Shown in pieces: positions 1 to 9,297 of a DNA stretch of 64,000 nt. The stretch comes from Pseudomonadota bacterium (GTDB lineage Bacteria; Pseudomonadota; Gammaproteobacteria; Xanthomonadales; Wenzhouxiangellaceae): assembly GCA_036832975.1 (NCBI GenBank), contig DAITQM010000007.1, positions 14,465 to 78,464 of the forward strand, in the 5' to 3' direction. Below the pieces are notes generated by a model. It had not been told where the DNA came from, ran no database searches, and was given only the letters and a program-made list of their open reading frames with translations. Positions within the stretch are counted from its first letter, which is position 1. Every line of letters begins with the position of its first letter. Made by a program: the position numbers and the translations under genes.

Positions 1-1
1 G

Positions 2-1171
2 ATGCAAAACCTCGGCCAGGGCGCGGTGCGTTACAAGACGGTCGCGCCGCGCGATTACGAAAGCTATTCCCGCGACGTCGAGATTTTCCACCAGCAGATC
101 CAGCACGACCTCGATATCCTCGAACGCGGCGTGGACAACCTGGCTGCGGATGATCGCAGTCTGACGGCGCGTGGCTTTTTCGGGGCGGTGGGCGGTGGCG
201 GCGATTCGGAACTCGAACGGGCCGTCGCGGCGCTCGTCCGGACATGGGGCGGTTTTCGCGCCGGCCTGAACGAGAAACTCGGTCCCGACCACAATGAGCC
301 GCGGCTCGAATGGGGCGCCGAATACATCGGGGCGCACTACGACGAACTGGCTGCCGCACTCGGCGAAGTCAACACTCATTTTTTGCGGGTGATCAACCGC
401 GACCTGGCCGTGGCCCGATTGCTGACGCGGGCCGGATACGCCCTCGGCATCGTCTTTGCGGCGCTCGGCGTCGCGTGGTTTTACTTTGGTGTAACCCGTC
501 GTCTCAGAACCACGCTCAAAGGTTGCCGGCAGGCGGCGCGGGGCGACTTCGGCTACCAGGTTCCGGTGCACAGCAACGATGAACTCGGCGCGTTGGCGAC
601 GGCATTCAACAGTCTGTCGACGCGCGCCCACCTGGTGTTATCGGTCCTCGATCGACTGCGCGAAAACCTTGATTTACCTGCTGCGGCCAACGTGCTCTGG
701 GAAGAAACCCGTGCCACCTTGCCGGTGGAATGTTTTGTACTGGCCGATTGCGCGTTACCGCGCATCGAGCCGATTGCCCTGTTCGGTGTGGCGGACGTCG
801 ATCTCGCCGGCGAGCCGGCGGCGAACGGCGACGAAGCTTCGGTCAAGCGGGCGTTGGAGTCCGCCCGGCCGCAGTATTTTCCGGATTTGCTGCGCCATAC
901 GGTGGCCCGAGCCGGCGACCGCCTGTTGCGCCGGATTTACCAAGCCGGATTTCGCTCGGCGGTACTCGTCCCGCTCAACGAGCCGGGTAGTCGTTGTCTG
1001 CTGATGCTCCTCGCTGCCCGTGAAGTGAATGCATTCACCGCCGAGCAGGTCATATTGTTGCACCGCTTCGCGCCGATGATCGCTTATCGGTTATCGCGCC
1101 TTCGGCAAGGTGGCGAAACGGTGGACCGCCGTCCGCCCACCGGGGGCGCGCCGGCGCCGGCGATCGGTTAG
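2..1171 (+). CDS. Membrane sensor fragment, TM-HAMP-GAF-like architecture (5' end outside window)
   Basis: ORF open at the window start. Hydrophobic helix GYALGIVFAALGVAWFYFGV is followed by the HAMP-like DELGALATAFNSL and a C-terminal GAF-like region. Codon usage matches the high-G+C backbone. Confidence 0.6.
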   Translation: MQNLGQGAVRYKTVAPRDYESYSRDVEIFHQQIQHDLDILERGVDNLAADDRSLTARGFFGAVGGGGDSELERAVAALVRTWGGFRAGLNEKLGPDHNEPRLEWGAEYIGAHYDELAAALGEVNTHFLRVINRDLAVARLLTRAGYALGIVFAALGVAWFYFGVTRRLRTTLKGCRQAARGDFGYQVPVHSNDELGALATAFNSLSTRAHLVLSVLDRLRENLDLPAAANVLWEETRATLPVECFVLADCALPRIEPIALFGVADVDLAGEPAANGDEASVKRALESARPQYFPDLLRHTVARAGDRLLRRIYQAGFRSAVLVPLNEPGSRCLLMLLAAREVNAFTAEQVILLHRFAPMIAYRLSRLRQGGETVDRRPPTGGAPAPAIG

Positions 1172-1205
1172 GATGGGCGACGAAAAATAACGTGGATTAC
1201 AACCG

Positions 1206-4139
1206 ATGAACGCTCACTTGCCACGCTCTTTCGTTGCTTCCTTGTTGTGGACGATCTTGCTGCTGCTTCCGGTGGGCAGTGCCGGGGCGAAAAGGCCCGA
1301 TGCGGCCGGGCCGGCGACGCCTGAAGCGTCGCAGGCGGCCTGGGAGATGCATCGCAAGATGGCCGGCGAATCGCTGCTCCACGGCTTGCAATGGCGCAGC
1401 ATCGGCCCGGTTGACCAGGGTGGCAGAGTGGTCGATATCGCCGGCATTCCCGGTGAACCGCACCGCTTTTACGTCGCTTACGCGAGCGGCGGGGTCTGGA
1501 AAACCACGAACGACGGAACGACGTTCACGCCGCTGTTCGATCGGCTGCCGGGGACGGCAATCGGGGCGCTGGCCGTGGCCTCCGATCCGGCCGCGACGGT
1601 GTGGGTCGGCACCGGCGAGGCCAATTCCTCGCGTTCGTCTTACGGCGGCAGCGGCATCTATCGCAGCCGGGATGGCGGCGCGACGTTCGAACATCGCGGT
1701 CTTGAAGACACCGATCGGATCGCCCGCATCGTCATCGACCCACGCGACGCCCAGCGAATCCTGGTCGCCGCGCTCGGCAAACTCTATACGCCAGGTGGTG
1801 GACGCGGCGTCTATCTCAGCGAGGATGGTGGTGAGCACTGGACTTTGACGTTGCCTGGCGACGATTGGACTGGCGCCATCGACCTGGTTATCGATCCGGC
1901 CGCTCCAGACACCGTCTACGCCGCAACCTGGGAGCGCCGCCGTCGGCCGTGGGATTTCACCGAAGGCGGGCCGGGCAGCGGGATCTGGCGCAGCGACGAT
2001 AGCGGAAGGACCTGGCGCCGGCTCGCCGGCGGGCTGCCGGCGGGTCAAGACGTCGGACGAATTGGTTTGGCGCTTGCCGCCTCACGGCCGGCCACGCTCT
2101 ATGCCGCGATCGACCATCAAGGGCCGCTCCCCGAAGGGCAATCGGATCCCGGCGACCGGCCGCTCAGCGCGCGCCGCATGCGCGAGATGGATAAAGCGAC
2201 ATTCATCGCCGCCGGCAAGGATGAAATCGAATGGTTCTTGCGCGCCTATGACATCGATCCCGAGTGGGACGCCGAAAAACTCATCGCTGCGTTGAACGAT
2301 AACACTGTGACAATGGAGACTTTGCGCCAGACGCTCGTCAACGCCAATCGCAACCTGTTCGAGGCCGAAATCCGCGGTCTCGAAATCTGGCGCAGCGACG
2401 ACGGCGGCGAAAATTGGCGGCGCACCCACGACGAGCCACTGCGCGAGGTCAGTTACACCTACGGTTACTACTTCGGCACCATCCGTGTCGCTCCCGACGA
2501 TGCGGAGCGTATCTACGTCCAGGGCGTGCCGCTGATTACCTCCGCCGACGGCGGCCGGACGTTCAGCAGCCTCCAGCAGCCGGATGTCCACGTCGATTAC
2601 CACGCCCATTGGATCGACCCCGAAAATCCTCAACGCATGATCATCGGCAACGACGGCGGCCTGGACATCAGCCACGACGGCGGCCGGACCTGGCGCCGGC
2701 TCGACGCCCAACCCGTCGGCCAGTTCTACAACATCGCCGTGGATATGGAAGAGCCTTATAACGTTTACGGCGGCCTGCAAGACAACGGCACGATGAAAGG
2801 TTCGAGCCGGACGCGCTGGGAAAAAGGCGAGCGCTGGACGCGGATCAACGGCGGCGACGGCATGCACGTTGCGGTCGACCCGCGCGACAGCGGCGTGGTC
2901 TACACCGGTTTTCAGTTCGGCAATTACGTCCGCCTCGAGTCCGGCAAGCGGGCGTCGATCCGGCCGCACACCGCGCTCGGCGAGACGCCGTTGCGCTTCA
3001 ACTGGAACTCGCCGGTGGTCCTCTCGCCGCACACTCCGGAGATCGTTTATTTCGGCAGCGAACGGCTCTTCCGCAGCACCGACCAGGGCCGCAACTGGGC
3101 GGCGATCAGCGGCGATCTCAGCCGATCATCCGAACGCGGCGACGTGCCATTCGCGACGATCACCACGATCACCGAATCGCCGCGCCAGCCGGGCCTGCTC
3201 TGGGCCGGGACCGACGACGGCGAACTGTGGGTCAGTGAAACCGCAGGTTACCACTGGAAAAACGTCGCCGGCCGTTTGCCCGCCGGGCGCTGGGTCAGTC
3301 GGGTCGTCGCCTCGGCGCACGACCGCGATCGTGCCTATGTCAGCCTCAACGGCTATCGCGACGACGATATCGCTGCCTACCTGTACCGCAGCGACGACCT
3401 CGGTCGCCATTGGCGTTCGCTCGCCGGCGGTCTGCCAGCCGAACCGATCAACGTTGTCCACGAAGACCCGTTCAACCCCGACGTGCTTTACGTCGGCACC
3501 GATCGCAGCGTTTACGTCTCGCTCGATCGCGGCGTAAGCTGGCAAGCACTGGCCAATAATTTGCCGCACGTACCGGTCCACGATCTTATCGTCCATCCCC
3601 GGCAGCGCGAGTTGATTGCCGGAACACACGGCCGCAGTGCCTGGGTGGTCGATGCGCTGCCGGTCGAAGAACTGACCGCCGACGTACGCGACAGGCCATT
3701 GCACGTTTTCCATATCGACGAGTTGCAAGCCGAGCGTGACTGGCTAAGCCGACCGTCGCGCTGGCTGCACGATCCAGAAGACGAACCGCGACTGATCGCC
3801 CACGTCTGGGCCAGCGCCGACGGCGTAGCCGAAGCAGCGATCGAAGACAGCAAAAAACGAGTCGTGCAGCGCTTCTCGCTGCCGCTGAGGCGCGGCATCA
3901 ACCGGATCGAATGGAACCTGCAATTGGATCTCGACATGGTGCGCAGCGCCGAGGCCGAAGCCGAGAGCGCCGAATACGCCCAGGCCATCGAATTCGGCTA
4001 TCCACTCTATCCGCTGCCGGGCGAGTACGCGCTGCGCCTAACCCAAGGTGACGCCGCAACCGACCGCACCTGGCGAATCACCCCACCACCCCCGTGGCCG
4101 CCGCGCCGCGAAAAACCGCCCAAGATCCGCGGCAAATAA
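1206..4139 (+). CDS. Secreted BNR/Asp-box repeat protein (sortilin/VPS10-like beta-propeller, glycosidase-like)
   Basis: N-terminal signal peptide (LLLLPVGSAGA). Repeated Asp-box motifs: SRDGGATF, SEDGGEHW, SDDSGRTW, SDDGGENW, SADGGRTF, SHDGGRTW, STDQGRNW, SLDRGVSW. Confidence 0.8.
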   Translation: MNAHLPRSFVASLLWTILLLLPVGSAGAKRPDAAGPATPEASQAAWEMHRKMAGESLLHGLQWRSIGPVDQGGRVVDIAGIPGEPHRFYVAYASGGVWKTTNDGTTFTPLFDRLPGTAIGALAVASDPAATVWVGTGEANSSRSSYGGSGIYRSRDGGATFEHRGLEDTDRIARIVIDPRDAQRILVAALGKLYTPGGGRGVYLSEDGGEHWTLTLPGDDWTGAIDLVIDPAAPDTVYAATWERRRRPWDFTEGGPGSGIWRSDDSGRTWRRLAGGLPAGQDVGRIGLALAASRPATLYAAIDHQGPLPEGQSDPGDRPLSARRMREMDKATFIAAGKDEIEWFLRAYDIDPEWDAEKLIAALNDNTVTMETLRQTLVNANRNLFEAEIRGLEIWRSDDGGENWRRTHDEPLREVSYTYGYYFGTIRVAPDDAERIYVQGVPLITSADGGRTFSSLQQPDVHVDYHAHWIDPENPQRMIIGNDGGLDISHDGGRTWRRLDAQPVGQFYNIAVDMEEPYNVYGGLQDNGTMKGSSRTRWEKGERWTRINGGDGMHVAVDPRDSGVVYTGFQFGNYVRLESGKRASIRPHTALGETPLRFNWNSPVVLSPHTPEIVYFGSERLFRSTDQGRNWAAISGDLSRSSERGDVPFATITTITESPRQPGLLWAGTDDGELWVSETAGYHWKNVAGRLPAGRWVSRVVASAHDRDRAYVSLNGYRDDDIAAYLYRSDDLGRHWRSLAGGLPAEPINVVHEDPFNPDVLYVGTDRSVYVSLDRGVSWQALANNLPHVPVHDLIVHPRQRELIAGTHGRSAWVVDALPVEELTADVRDRPLHVFHIDELQAERDWLSRPSRWLHDPEDEPRLIAHVWASADGVAEAAIEDSKKRVVQRFSLPLRRGINRIEWNLQLDLDMVRSAEAEAESAEYAQAIEFGYPLYPLPGEYALRLTQGDAATDRTWRITPPPPWPPRREKPPKIRGK

Positions 4140-4238
4140 TTCTGGTCATGATGCCGCCTAACGAGCAGAGAAGCAGCGCGTACACGGCTCTTGGGTGAAT
4201 CTGCCGGCAAGGCATCACTGATTTTCGAGTTTTCGAGG

Positions 4239-5729
4239 TTAACCTTCTTCCAGGACCGCCTCCGCCACGCTGTCGGCGAGCGCCATGATGGTCAGGTAGG
4301 GGTTGGTTTCCAGCGCGCTGCGAAACAGCGAGGCGTCGGCGATGTAAAGCCACGGCTGGCCGTGCACGCGGCCGTGGCCGTCGGTAACGGAGTCGCGCGC
4401 GTTCAGGCCCATGCGGCAGCCGCCCATCAAGTGGGCGGCGCTGACGCTGATCGTGCCGGGTTTGAAATGGCGTGTTGTAACGAGTTCGTCAATGCGCCCG
4501 GCGTCTGAGTGCATCAGCCGCATCGGACGTGCGCTGGGAGCGTGCACGGACCGGGCGCCGGCGGCAAAAAAGATCTTCGCCGCGGCGCGCGTGCCGCGCA
4601 CCAGGGCTTCGATCGTTGCCGGCGTCAGGCGGTACTGGACCTGCGGCTCTCCGCGGCGGTTGATGGCGACCCGGTGGTGCGGCAGCGCTTCGTCGCAGGC
4701 CAGCACCAGGATCATCTGCAGGCGGTCGAAGGCGGTCATGAAGGACTCGTGTTCCGGCCCGAAACCGCTCATGTTCTTGGCGGTGATAAACGGCGGATAC
4801 ATGCACACTTCCAGGAACGCCCGGTCCTGTTCGATCCGTTCATCCCAGAGATAGCTTTTCGGGTGGCCGACCGCATTGGCCAGCGGCCGGTCGTGTTCGC
4901 CCACCAGGATATGCGCGGGCTGGCAAGTGAAGTAGCGCCCCAACGCGGGCAGCGCTGCGTTCAGGCCGGAACGCAAAAGCAGCGCCGGAGAACCGACCGC
5001 GCCCCCGGCCACCACCACTTTGCGGGCGCGCACTTCATAACGCCCCGGCGCCCATTCGCTGCGATATCCCAGGGGATGGAGAGTCTCATCCACATCGACG
5101 ACGACCCGCCCTTCGGCGACCGCGCGCACCCGCGCGCGGGTGACAATCTCGACCCCCGCGGCCGCGGCCTGCGGCAACTGCACCGCGTGGGTACCCTGCT
5201 TGGCGCCATTGGGACAACCCAGGTTGCACAGGCTGGAACCCTTGCAACCGCGGGTGTTGACCGGAAACCGCGTGGCTTTCCATCCGAGCCGGTCGCATCC
5301 TGCCGCGAACAGGCGGTTGTTATCGTTGAGTTCTTCCTCGGGAACGATATGAACATGGTTGTCCAGCGCATAATGCCGGGCGCGCGCGGTCAGATCGGCG
5401 GGGTCGAGACCGGGGATATTCCAGTTTGCAATGACCCGTTCCGGCGGCATCAGGCTGGTGCCGGTGTAAACCAGCGTCGAGCCGCCGTAGGCTTCGGCAA
5501 ACGCGAGCGACACCGTGCCATCGGCGGTCATGAACGCGCCGCCGCTGCGGTACAGCAACTCGCCCATTTCCGTTTCGCGCCCCGAGAAATGCGCCGTGGC
5601 AAACCGCGGGCCCTGCTCGAAGACCACCACCCGCCGGCCCCGCGCCGCCAGTTCGCCCAAACGCGCCGCCACCGTACCGCCGCCGGCGCCGCTGCCGATA
5701 ATCACGACGTCGGCGTCAATGCGCGGCAT
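4239..5729 (-). CDS. GMC-family FAD-dependent oxidoreductase
   Basis: Rossmann FAD motif DVVIIGSGAGGG near the N-terminus; GMC-like C-terminus (HLMGGCRMG). The ATG at 5729 (MPRIDADV) is preferred over the TTG at 5747. Confidence 0.8.
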   Translation of the reverse strand: MPRIDADVVIIGSGAGGGTVAARLGELAARGRRVVVFEQGPRFATAHFSGRETEMGELLYRSGGAFMTADGTVSLAFAEAYGGSTLVYTGTSLMPPERVIANWNIPGLDPADLTARARHYALDNHVHIVPEEELNDNNRLFAAGCDRLGWKATRFPVNTRGCKGSSLCNLGCPNGAKQGTHAVQLPQAAAAGVEIVTRARVRAVAEGRVVVDVDETLHPLGYRSEWAPGRYEVRARKVVVAGGAVGSPALLLRSGLNAALPALGRYFTCQPAHILVGEHDRPLANAVGHPKSYLWDERIEQDRAFLEVCMYPPFITAKNMSGFGPEHESFMTAFDRLQMILVLACDEALPHHRVAINRRGEPQVQYRLTPATIEALVRGTRAAAKIFFAAGARSVHAPSARPMRLMHSDAGRIDELVTTRHFKPGTISVSAAHLMGGCRMGLNARDSVTDGHGRVHGQPWLYIADASLFRSALETNPYLTIMALADSVAEAVLEEG

Positions 5730-6162
5730 CGTCCACCCCGCCGGCAACGGCGGCCCAACCCGTTTTATGCGGGCGGTAACCGATTTCGCCTTGGCGCTCC
5801 AAATCGCCGTAATAACCGGCGAAAATCAAAGTGCGCAAACCCCACACCGCCAGCCGGAGCTTCAAGACCGGCGCCTCGTGCAGCGTTTCCAAAAAGCACC
5901 GCAGCCGATCTGCCGGGATGCGTTCGAACGGGCTGAAAAACCGCGCCGCCGCCAACAGGACCACGCCGCGCAGTGCCAATGTCACCTGCCGGCGCAGCCG
6001 CCCGGGCCGCGCCGCCAACATGGCATCCGCCCGCGCCAGCACGCCGGCTATCCCCGCTTCATCCAGTACCGCAGCGGCGGGGATAAACGCTTCGACCAAC
6101 GGACGCAGGCGCCGCGGCCGGCGCGCCAGTAGCAAAATCTCATCAGTCACGACAAACCCCAA
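5716..6162 (-). CDS. Small accessory subunit-like protein co-transcribed with the GMC oxidoreductase (gluconate 2-dehydrogenase subunit 3-like), hypothetical
   Basis: ORF overlaps the downstream GMC gene start by 14 nt. Arg-rich N-terminus (RRPRRLRP). Start codon uncertain (TTG 6162 or GTG 6150). Confidence 0.45.
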   Translation of the reverse strand: MGFVVTDEILLLARRPRRLRPLVEAFIPAAAVLDEAGIAGVLARADAMLAARPGRLRRQVTLALRGVVLLAAARFFSPFERIPADRLRCFLETLHEAPVLKLRLAVWGLRTLIFAGYYGDLERQGEIGYRPHKTGWAAVAGGVDDAAH

Positions 6163-6176
6163 TCGATCAACAGGTC

Positions 6177-6435
6177 AACCCAATTGTTGCATAGATTCCC
6201 GGAATTCCCTGCCTGCCGGCAGGCAGGTCGGTCAAGCTGGTGAGAGCAGCTTGTCCAATTCCCTGACAAATGCGTCTGGAACGCAATTTGAACCGCGCAG
6301 CGGGCCCGCAGGGCGAGGGCAGGATAGCACGAGTACAAATGCGTCGGGAACGCAATTTGAACCGCGAAGCGGGCCCGAAAAGCGAGGGCAGGATTGCCCA
6401 AGTAAATCGAGCAAAATTTATGCAACTATTGGGTT
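6177..6435. mobile_element. MITE-like non-coding element with terminal inverted repeats
   Basis: Left end AACCCAATTGTTGCATA (6177-6193) and right end TATGCAACTATTGGGTT (6419-6435) are imperfect inverted repeats. Interior has a perfect palindrome cctgcctgccggcaggcagg and two 69-bp tandem repeats. No ORF. The right end abuts the break in the intI stub. Confidence 0.6.
6267..6404 (+). repeat. Tandem direct repeat, 2 x 69 bp
   Basis: caaatgcgtcKggaacgcaatttgaaccgcg...gagggcaggat is repeated head to tail (6267-6335 and 6336-6404) with a few substitutions. Confidence 0.85.
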
Positions 6436-6534
6436 TACATACGCCTTTTCGGTGCGGATGCTGTAATGCCTGGCACAGATCTGCGTGCGAAGTTGATCGA
6501 GCAGTTTTAGTGGTATTTTACTAATGATAACCAT
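6418..6534 (-). pseudogene. intI: Integron integrase (intI) N-terminal stub, copy 1, truncated after about 33 codons
   Basis: Minus-strand translation is MVIISKIPLKLLDQLRTQICARHYSIRTEKAYV, then NPIVA and a stop. The LLDxLR...RHYSxRTExAY motif is the N-terminal SAM-like signature of integron integrases. It is divergent from the cassette array. The remainder is replaced by the MITE-like element. Confidence 0.7.
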
Positions 6535-6646
6535 TGAGTTTGAATCTAAGTTATTGAATTTTAATGAATATTATAGGCAAGTGAAAAATTATACACTGGA
6601 AGAAATGTTTATGGTATATTACTTTGGTGTATAGTTATAGTTAGGC
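6535..6646 (+). other. attI-like region, type 1, copy 1, ending in core site GTTAGGC
   Basis: Lies between the intI start codon and the first cassette. AT-rich. Inverted TATACAC/GTGTATA boxes. GTTRRRY core at 6640-6646. The first cassette begins with TTAGGC. Confidence 0.6.
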
Positions 6647-6660
6647 AGCTTCCTCACACG

Positions 6661-7179
6661 ATGAACGGGGATCCGTCCTCCAAGATGACCGAAAACGTTA
6701 CGGTCGAGCACGCAACCGAACGTGACGTAGCTGCCATCGCCGCGGTGCTCATCGCCAACCGCAACGATGCCTCGCTATTCCTCCGCTCGCAGCAGGACAT
6801 CGCTCGCTGCTTCAGCGACTTCATCGTTGCGAGGGACGGTTCAGCGCAACTCGTGGGCTGCGCTGCAATTCACCGATACGGGCCTAACCTGGCCGAACTT
6901 GTTTCGGTGGCTGTTGTGCCGACGCTTCACGGCGCCGGGATCGGGAGTTTGCTTGTTTCGCGATCCCTTCAGAAGGCAACCACCGGCGGCATCACAAGGG
7001 TGTGGCTAGCCACAGCCAAACCAACGTACTTTGCGCAGTTCGGCTTTCGGTCAATGTCACGTTGGGCGTTGCCGCTGGCCGTGCTTCTGTCCAAACTCAA
7101 GCAGGTGTTCCAGCAGCCGGTGGCCCACTGGTTCCCGTCTTTGTTCGCACGGTTTACTTTCATGGTCCGCGATGCGTAG
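6661..7179 (+). CDS. GNAT-family N-acetyltransferase (cassette 1)
   Basis: Acetyl-CoA binding motif VVPTLHGAGIGSLLV and the C-terminal YFAQFGF motif. Followed by an attC. Confidence 0.75.
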   Translation: MNGDPSSKMTENVTVEHATERDVAAIAAVLIANRNDASLFLRSQQDIARCFSDFIVARDGSAQLVGCAAIHRYGPNLAELVSVAVVPTLHGAGIGSLLVSRSLQKATTGGITRVWLATAKPTYFAQFGFRSMSRWALPLAVLLSKLKQVFQQPVAHWFPSLFARFTFMVRDA

Positions 7180-7188
7180 AAAGTCGAA

Positions 7189-7257
7189 AGCTAACACTTC
7201 GGTCAACCGGACGCTCCGCCGCAATGCGGCTCTGCGCCGGTTACCTCTGCGTTAGGC
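7189..7257 (+). other. attC site (69 bp) of cassette 1
   Basis: R'' AGCTAAC (7189-7195) and R' GTTAGGC (7251-7257). Imperfect palindrome cggtcaaccggac / gccggttacct. Confidence 0.7.
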
Positions 7258-7274
7258 GGACGGATCAAACGCCG

Positions 7275-8054
7275 TTGCAAGAACTCAACACAATCCTCCA
7301 ACTGATCCCGCAGGCTCGCGAATACCGGCGAGAGCAGATATCTATCGGCAGATCTGGCTCCTCGGTCTACGGACTCGCAAATCCTAGTAGGCCCACTCGG
7401 TTTCTGAAGGTGTCGACCGCGGATGACGCCTGCGATTTGGAGGCCGAACGCGATCGTCTTGCTTGGCTTGCGAACAGAACATTCGTTCCGAAGGTTCTAG
7501 AATTTGGTAAGGCCGAAGGATTTGCATTTCTTTTGACGGAGGCCCTTCCCGGAGCCAACGCTGCAGAAGCACCTGCGCGCCTTTGGTCTCGGCTTGTTGA
7601 GCAGGTAGCACGCCAGTTGCGTCAACTACACTCGCTGCACCCCGATGACTGCCCGTTCGATCGGACCCTTGATCGAGTCATACTCCTTGCGGGCCAGCGC
7701 GCCGAGACTGGTTTGGTAGACGATTCCGACTTCGACCCCGAGCATACCGGCCGTAGCGCAATGGAGTTACTCACCTCGCTCCACCACAGGCGCCCCCAAT
7801 CCGAGGACATAGTCGTTACGCACGGCGATGCCTGCCTACCCAACCTAATCTTCGAGAATGGCAACTTCAGCGGGTTCGTAGATTGCAGGCGATGTGGTCG
7901 TGCTGATCGATATCAGGACCTTGCGCTGGCACACCGACGCATCGAAAGTAACTTTGGAGGCAGCCTCGCCGAGGATTTCCTTAGCGCATACGGATTGGAG
8001 CATGTCGACTCCCGGAGGCTATCCTACTATCGCTTGCTGGATGAGTTCTTCTAG
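7275..8054 (+). CDS. Aminoglycoside/antibiotic phosphotransferase (APH-family kinase) (cassette 2)
   Basis: Kinase motifs VVTHGDACLPNLIF and VDCRRCGRADRYQDLALA. The track ORF (from 7002) crosses the attC at 7189-7257, so the start must lie inside the cassette. In-frame TTG at 7275 proposed; start uncertain. Confidence 0.75.
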   Translation: MQELNTILQLIPQAREYRREQISIGRSGSSVYGLANPSRPTRFLKVSTADDACDLEAERDRLAWLANRTFVPKVLEFGKAEGFAFLLTEALPGANAAEAPARLWSRLVEQVARQLRQLHSLHPDDCPFDRTLDRVILLAGQRAETGLVDDSDFDPEHTGRSAMELLTSLHHRRPQSEDIVVTHGDACLPNLIFENGNFSGFVDCRRCGRADRYQDLALAHRRIESNFGGSLAEDFLSAYGLEHVDSRRLSYYRLLDEFF

Positions 8055-8063
8055 TGGACAGCC

Positions 8064-8163
8064 GCCTAACATGGCCGATGCAGCTGACATCAAAAAGCGT
8101 CACACAAATTGCTTCCGCAATTTGTCCGCCGTTTTCCGGCGCAGCTGATCGCCGGTGTTATAC
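8064..8163 (+). other. attC site (100 bp) of cassette 2
   Basis: R'' GCCTAAC (8064-8070) is the exact complement of the cassette start TTAGGC (7252). R' is GTTATAC (8157-8163). Arms atggccgatgcagctg / cagctgatcgccggt. Confidence 0.8.
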
Positions 8164-8181
8164 CAATTGGAGGGGCATAAT

Positions 8182-9069
8182 ATGTGGAATATTTTTTCTA
8201 TTGCTTTCTTTCTAGCATTACTCTTCATTACATTGGAAGCAAATGCAATTGAATCCCGGATCTCGTGGACGACTGTGAAGGACCAGCGGTCGTTGGATGA
8301 GATCATTCAGAATTCCGTTTCACAAGGGAAGAGTTCAGTTCTTTACTTCTCCGTCGATTGGAGCGTTGACGCAAATCGCACTGAAAAAAACCTATGGATA
8401 CCGAAAAAAGGGCATGAACACTTTAATTTCATAAAAGTCGATCTAAGCGCATGGGATGAAGAGTCGAAGCTACTTATTGCCCACTATAATCTAAGCCAAG
8501 AAACATACACTCCGGTACTCATGATGTTAGATCAGAAGGGTCAAGAGGTAGAAGCAAGTAGGATTGTAGGCCCGAAGATCTTAACAATTAATGCTTTTGT
8601 TTTATGGCTACGTGAAGGGCATCTCAGCTTAACTTCCTCTTCTCCAACAATTGGTCACGTGACTATCGTCAGGACCGAAAGCGGGGGGAAGCCTAAGAAT
8701 GACGATATCGATTCTGTCTTTCGTTATAAAGTAAGTCACGAGGAAAGTACAATCATTGCAGACTTTACAATTTCTCCCAACTATTATCTCTACAAGGACA
8801 AATTTAAAATTGCAATAAACGGGAATGTTAGCCCTAGCGCTGATCTTCACTTTGCTGGAACACCGGTCCAACATGCCGATGCCGCTTGGGGTAGCAAAGA
8901 AGTATTTGAGGATAATGTGAAAATTGAACTCGATTTAGGCCGCAATAACTTCCTAATTTGCAATCCTGAAGCAGCCAATCAAATTGCTCTTTATTATCAG
9001 GGTTCAAGCAAATCAGGAAAATTCTACCCGCCACAAAAGCGAACTGTTCAATTTGAAGTAAGGTGCTAA
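8182..9069 (+). CDS. Secreted DsbD-like protein: thioredoxin-like (gamma-type) domain fused to a DsbD-alpha-like domain, catalytic cysteines absent (cassette 3)
   Basis: Signal peptide [22 protein letters not shown] preceded by [28 protein letters not shown] aligns with the DsbD-gamma [33 protein letters not shown] and [19 protein letters not shown] align with the DsbD-alpha DGYYLYRKQIRI and TYQGCADAGFCYPPETKTV. Confidence 0.65.
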   Translation: [295 protein letters not shown]

Positions 9070-9075
9070 AAAATT

Positions 9076-9185
9076 GTATAACAAGAGGCTGCTACGGACA
9101 CAAAACAGTTGGCGACTTTCCTGCGTTCGCTGCGCTCAGCCACAAAAGCGCCAACTGTTTTGTGCCGCAGAGCCATGCGTTGGGC
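9076..9185 (+). other. attC site (110 bp) of cassette 3
   Basis: R'' GTATAAC (9076-9082) is the exact complement of the cassette start TTATAC (8158). R' is GTTGGGC (9179-9185). Long arms cggacacaaaacagttggcg / cgccaactgttttgtgccg. Confidence 0.85.
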
Positions 9186-9297
9186 ATCATGAAAAGCGAG
9201 GCAGCCACGAATGCTGTAGTGCCTGAGGGGGCCTGGCACGGATCAGGAAGCGAAACTGGTCGAGTAGCTTTGGGAGTTTTTTACTATTGATAACCAT
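9186..9297 (-). pseudogene. intI: intI N-terminal stub, copy 2 (degenerate, contains an indel)
   Basis: Minus-strand translation MVINSKKLPKLLDQFRFLIRAR, then a small (8-9 nt) insertion, then HYSIRG. Homologous at nucleotide level to 6437-6534. It starts immediately after the R' of the preceding attC. Confidence 0.6.

Noticed and set aside
6267-6404. TGGAACGcaatTTGA inside each 69-bp tandem repeat, considered as a sigma-54 (-24/-12) promoter pointing at the cassettes.
   Set aside because: The -12 element is TTGA rather than TTGC. The second copy has lost the T of the -24 TGG. There is no enhancer-binding context. It sits inside a MITE-like element. The evidence is too weak to call.
7002-7274. 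N-terminal 91 codons of the track ORF 7002..8054 (APH).
   Set aside because: This part overlaps the GNAT gene out of frame and runs through the attC at 7189-7257. APH similarity begins only after about 7290.
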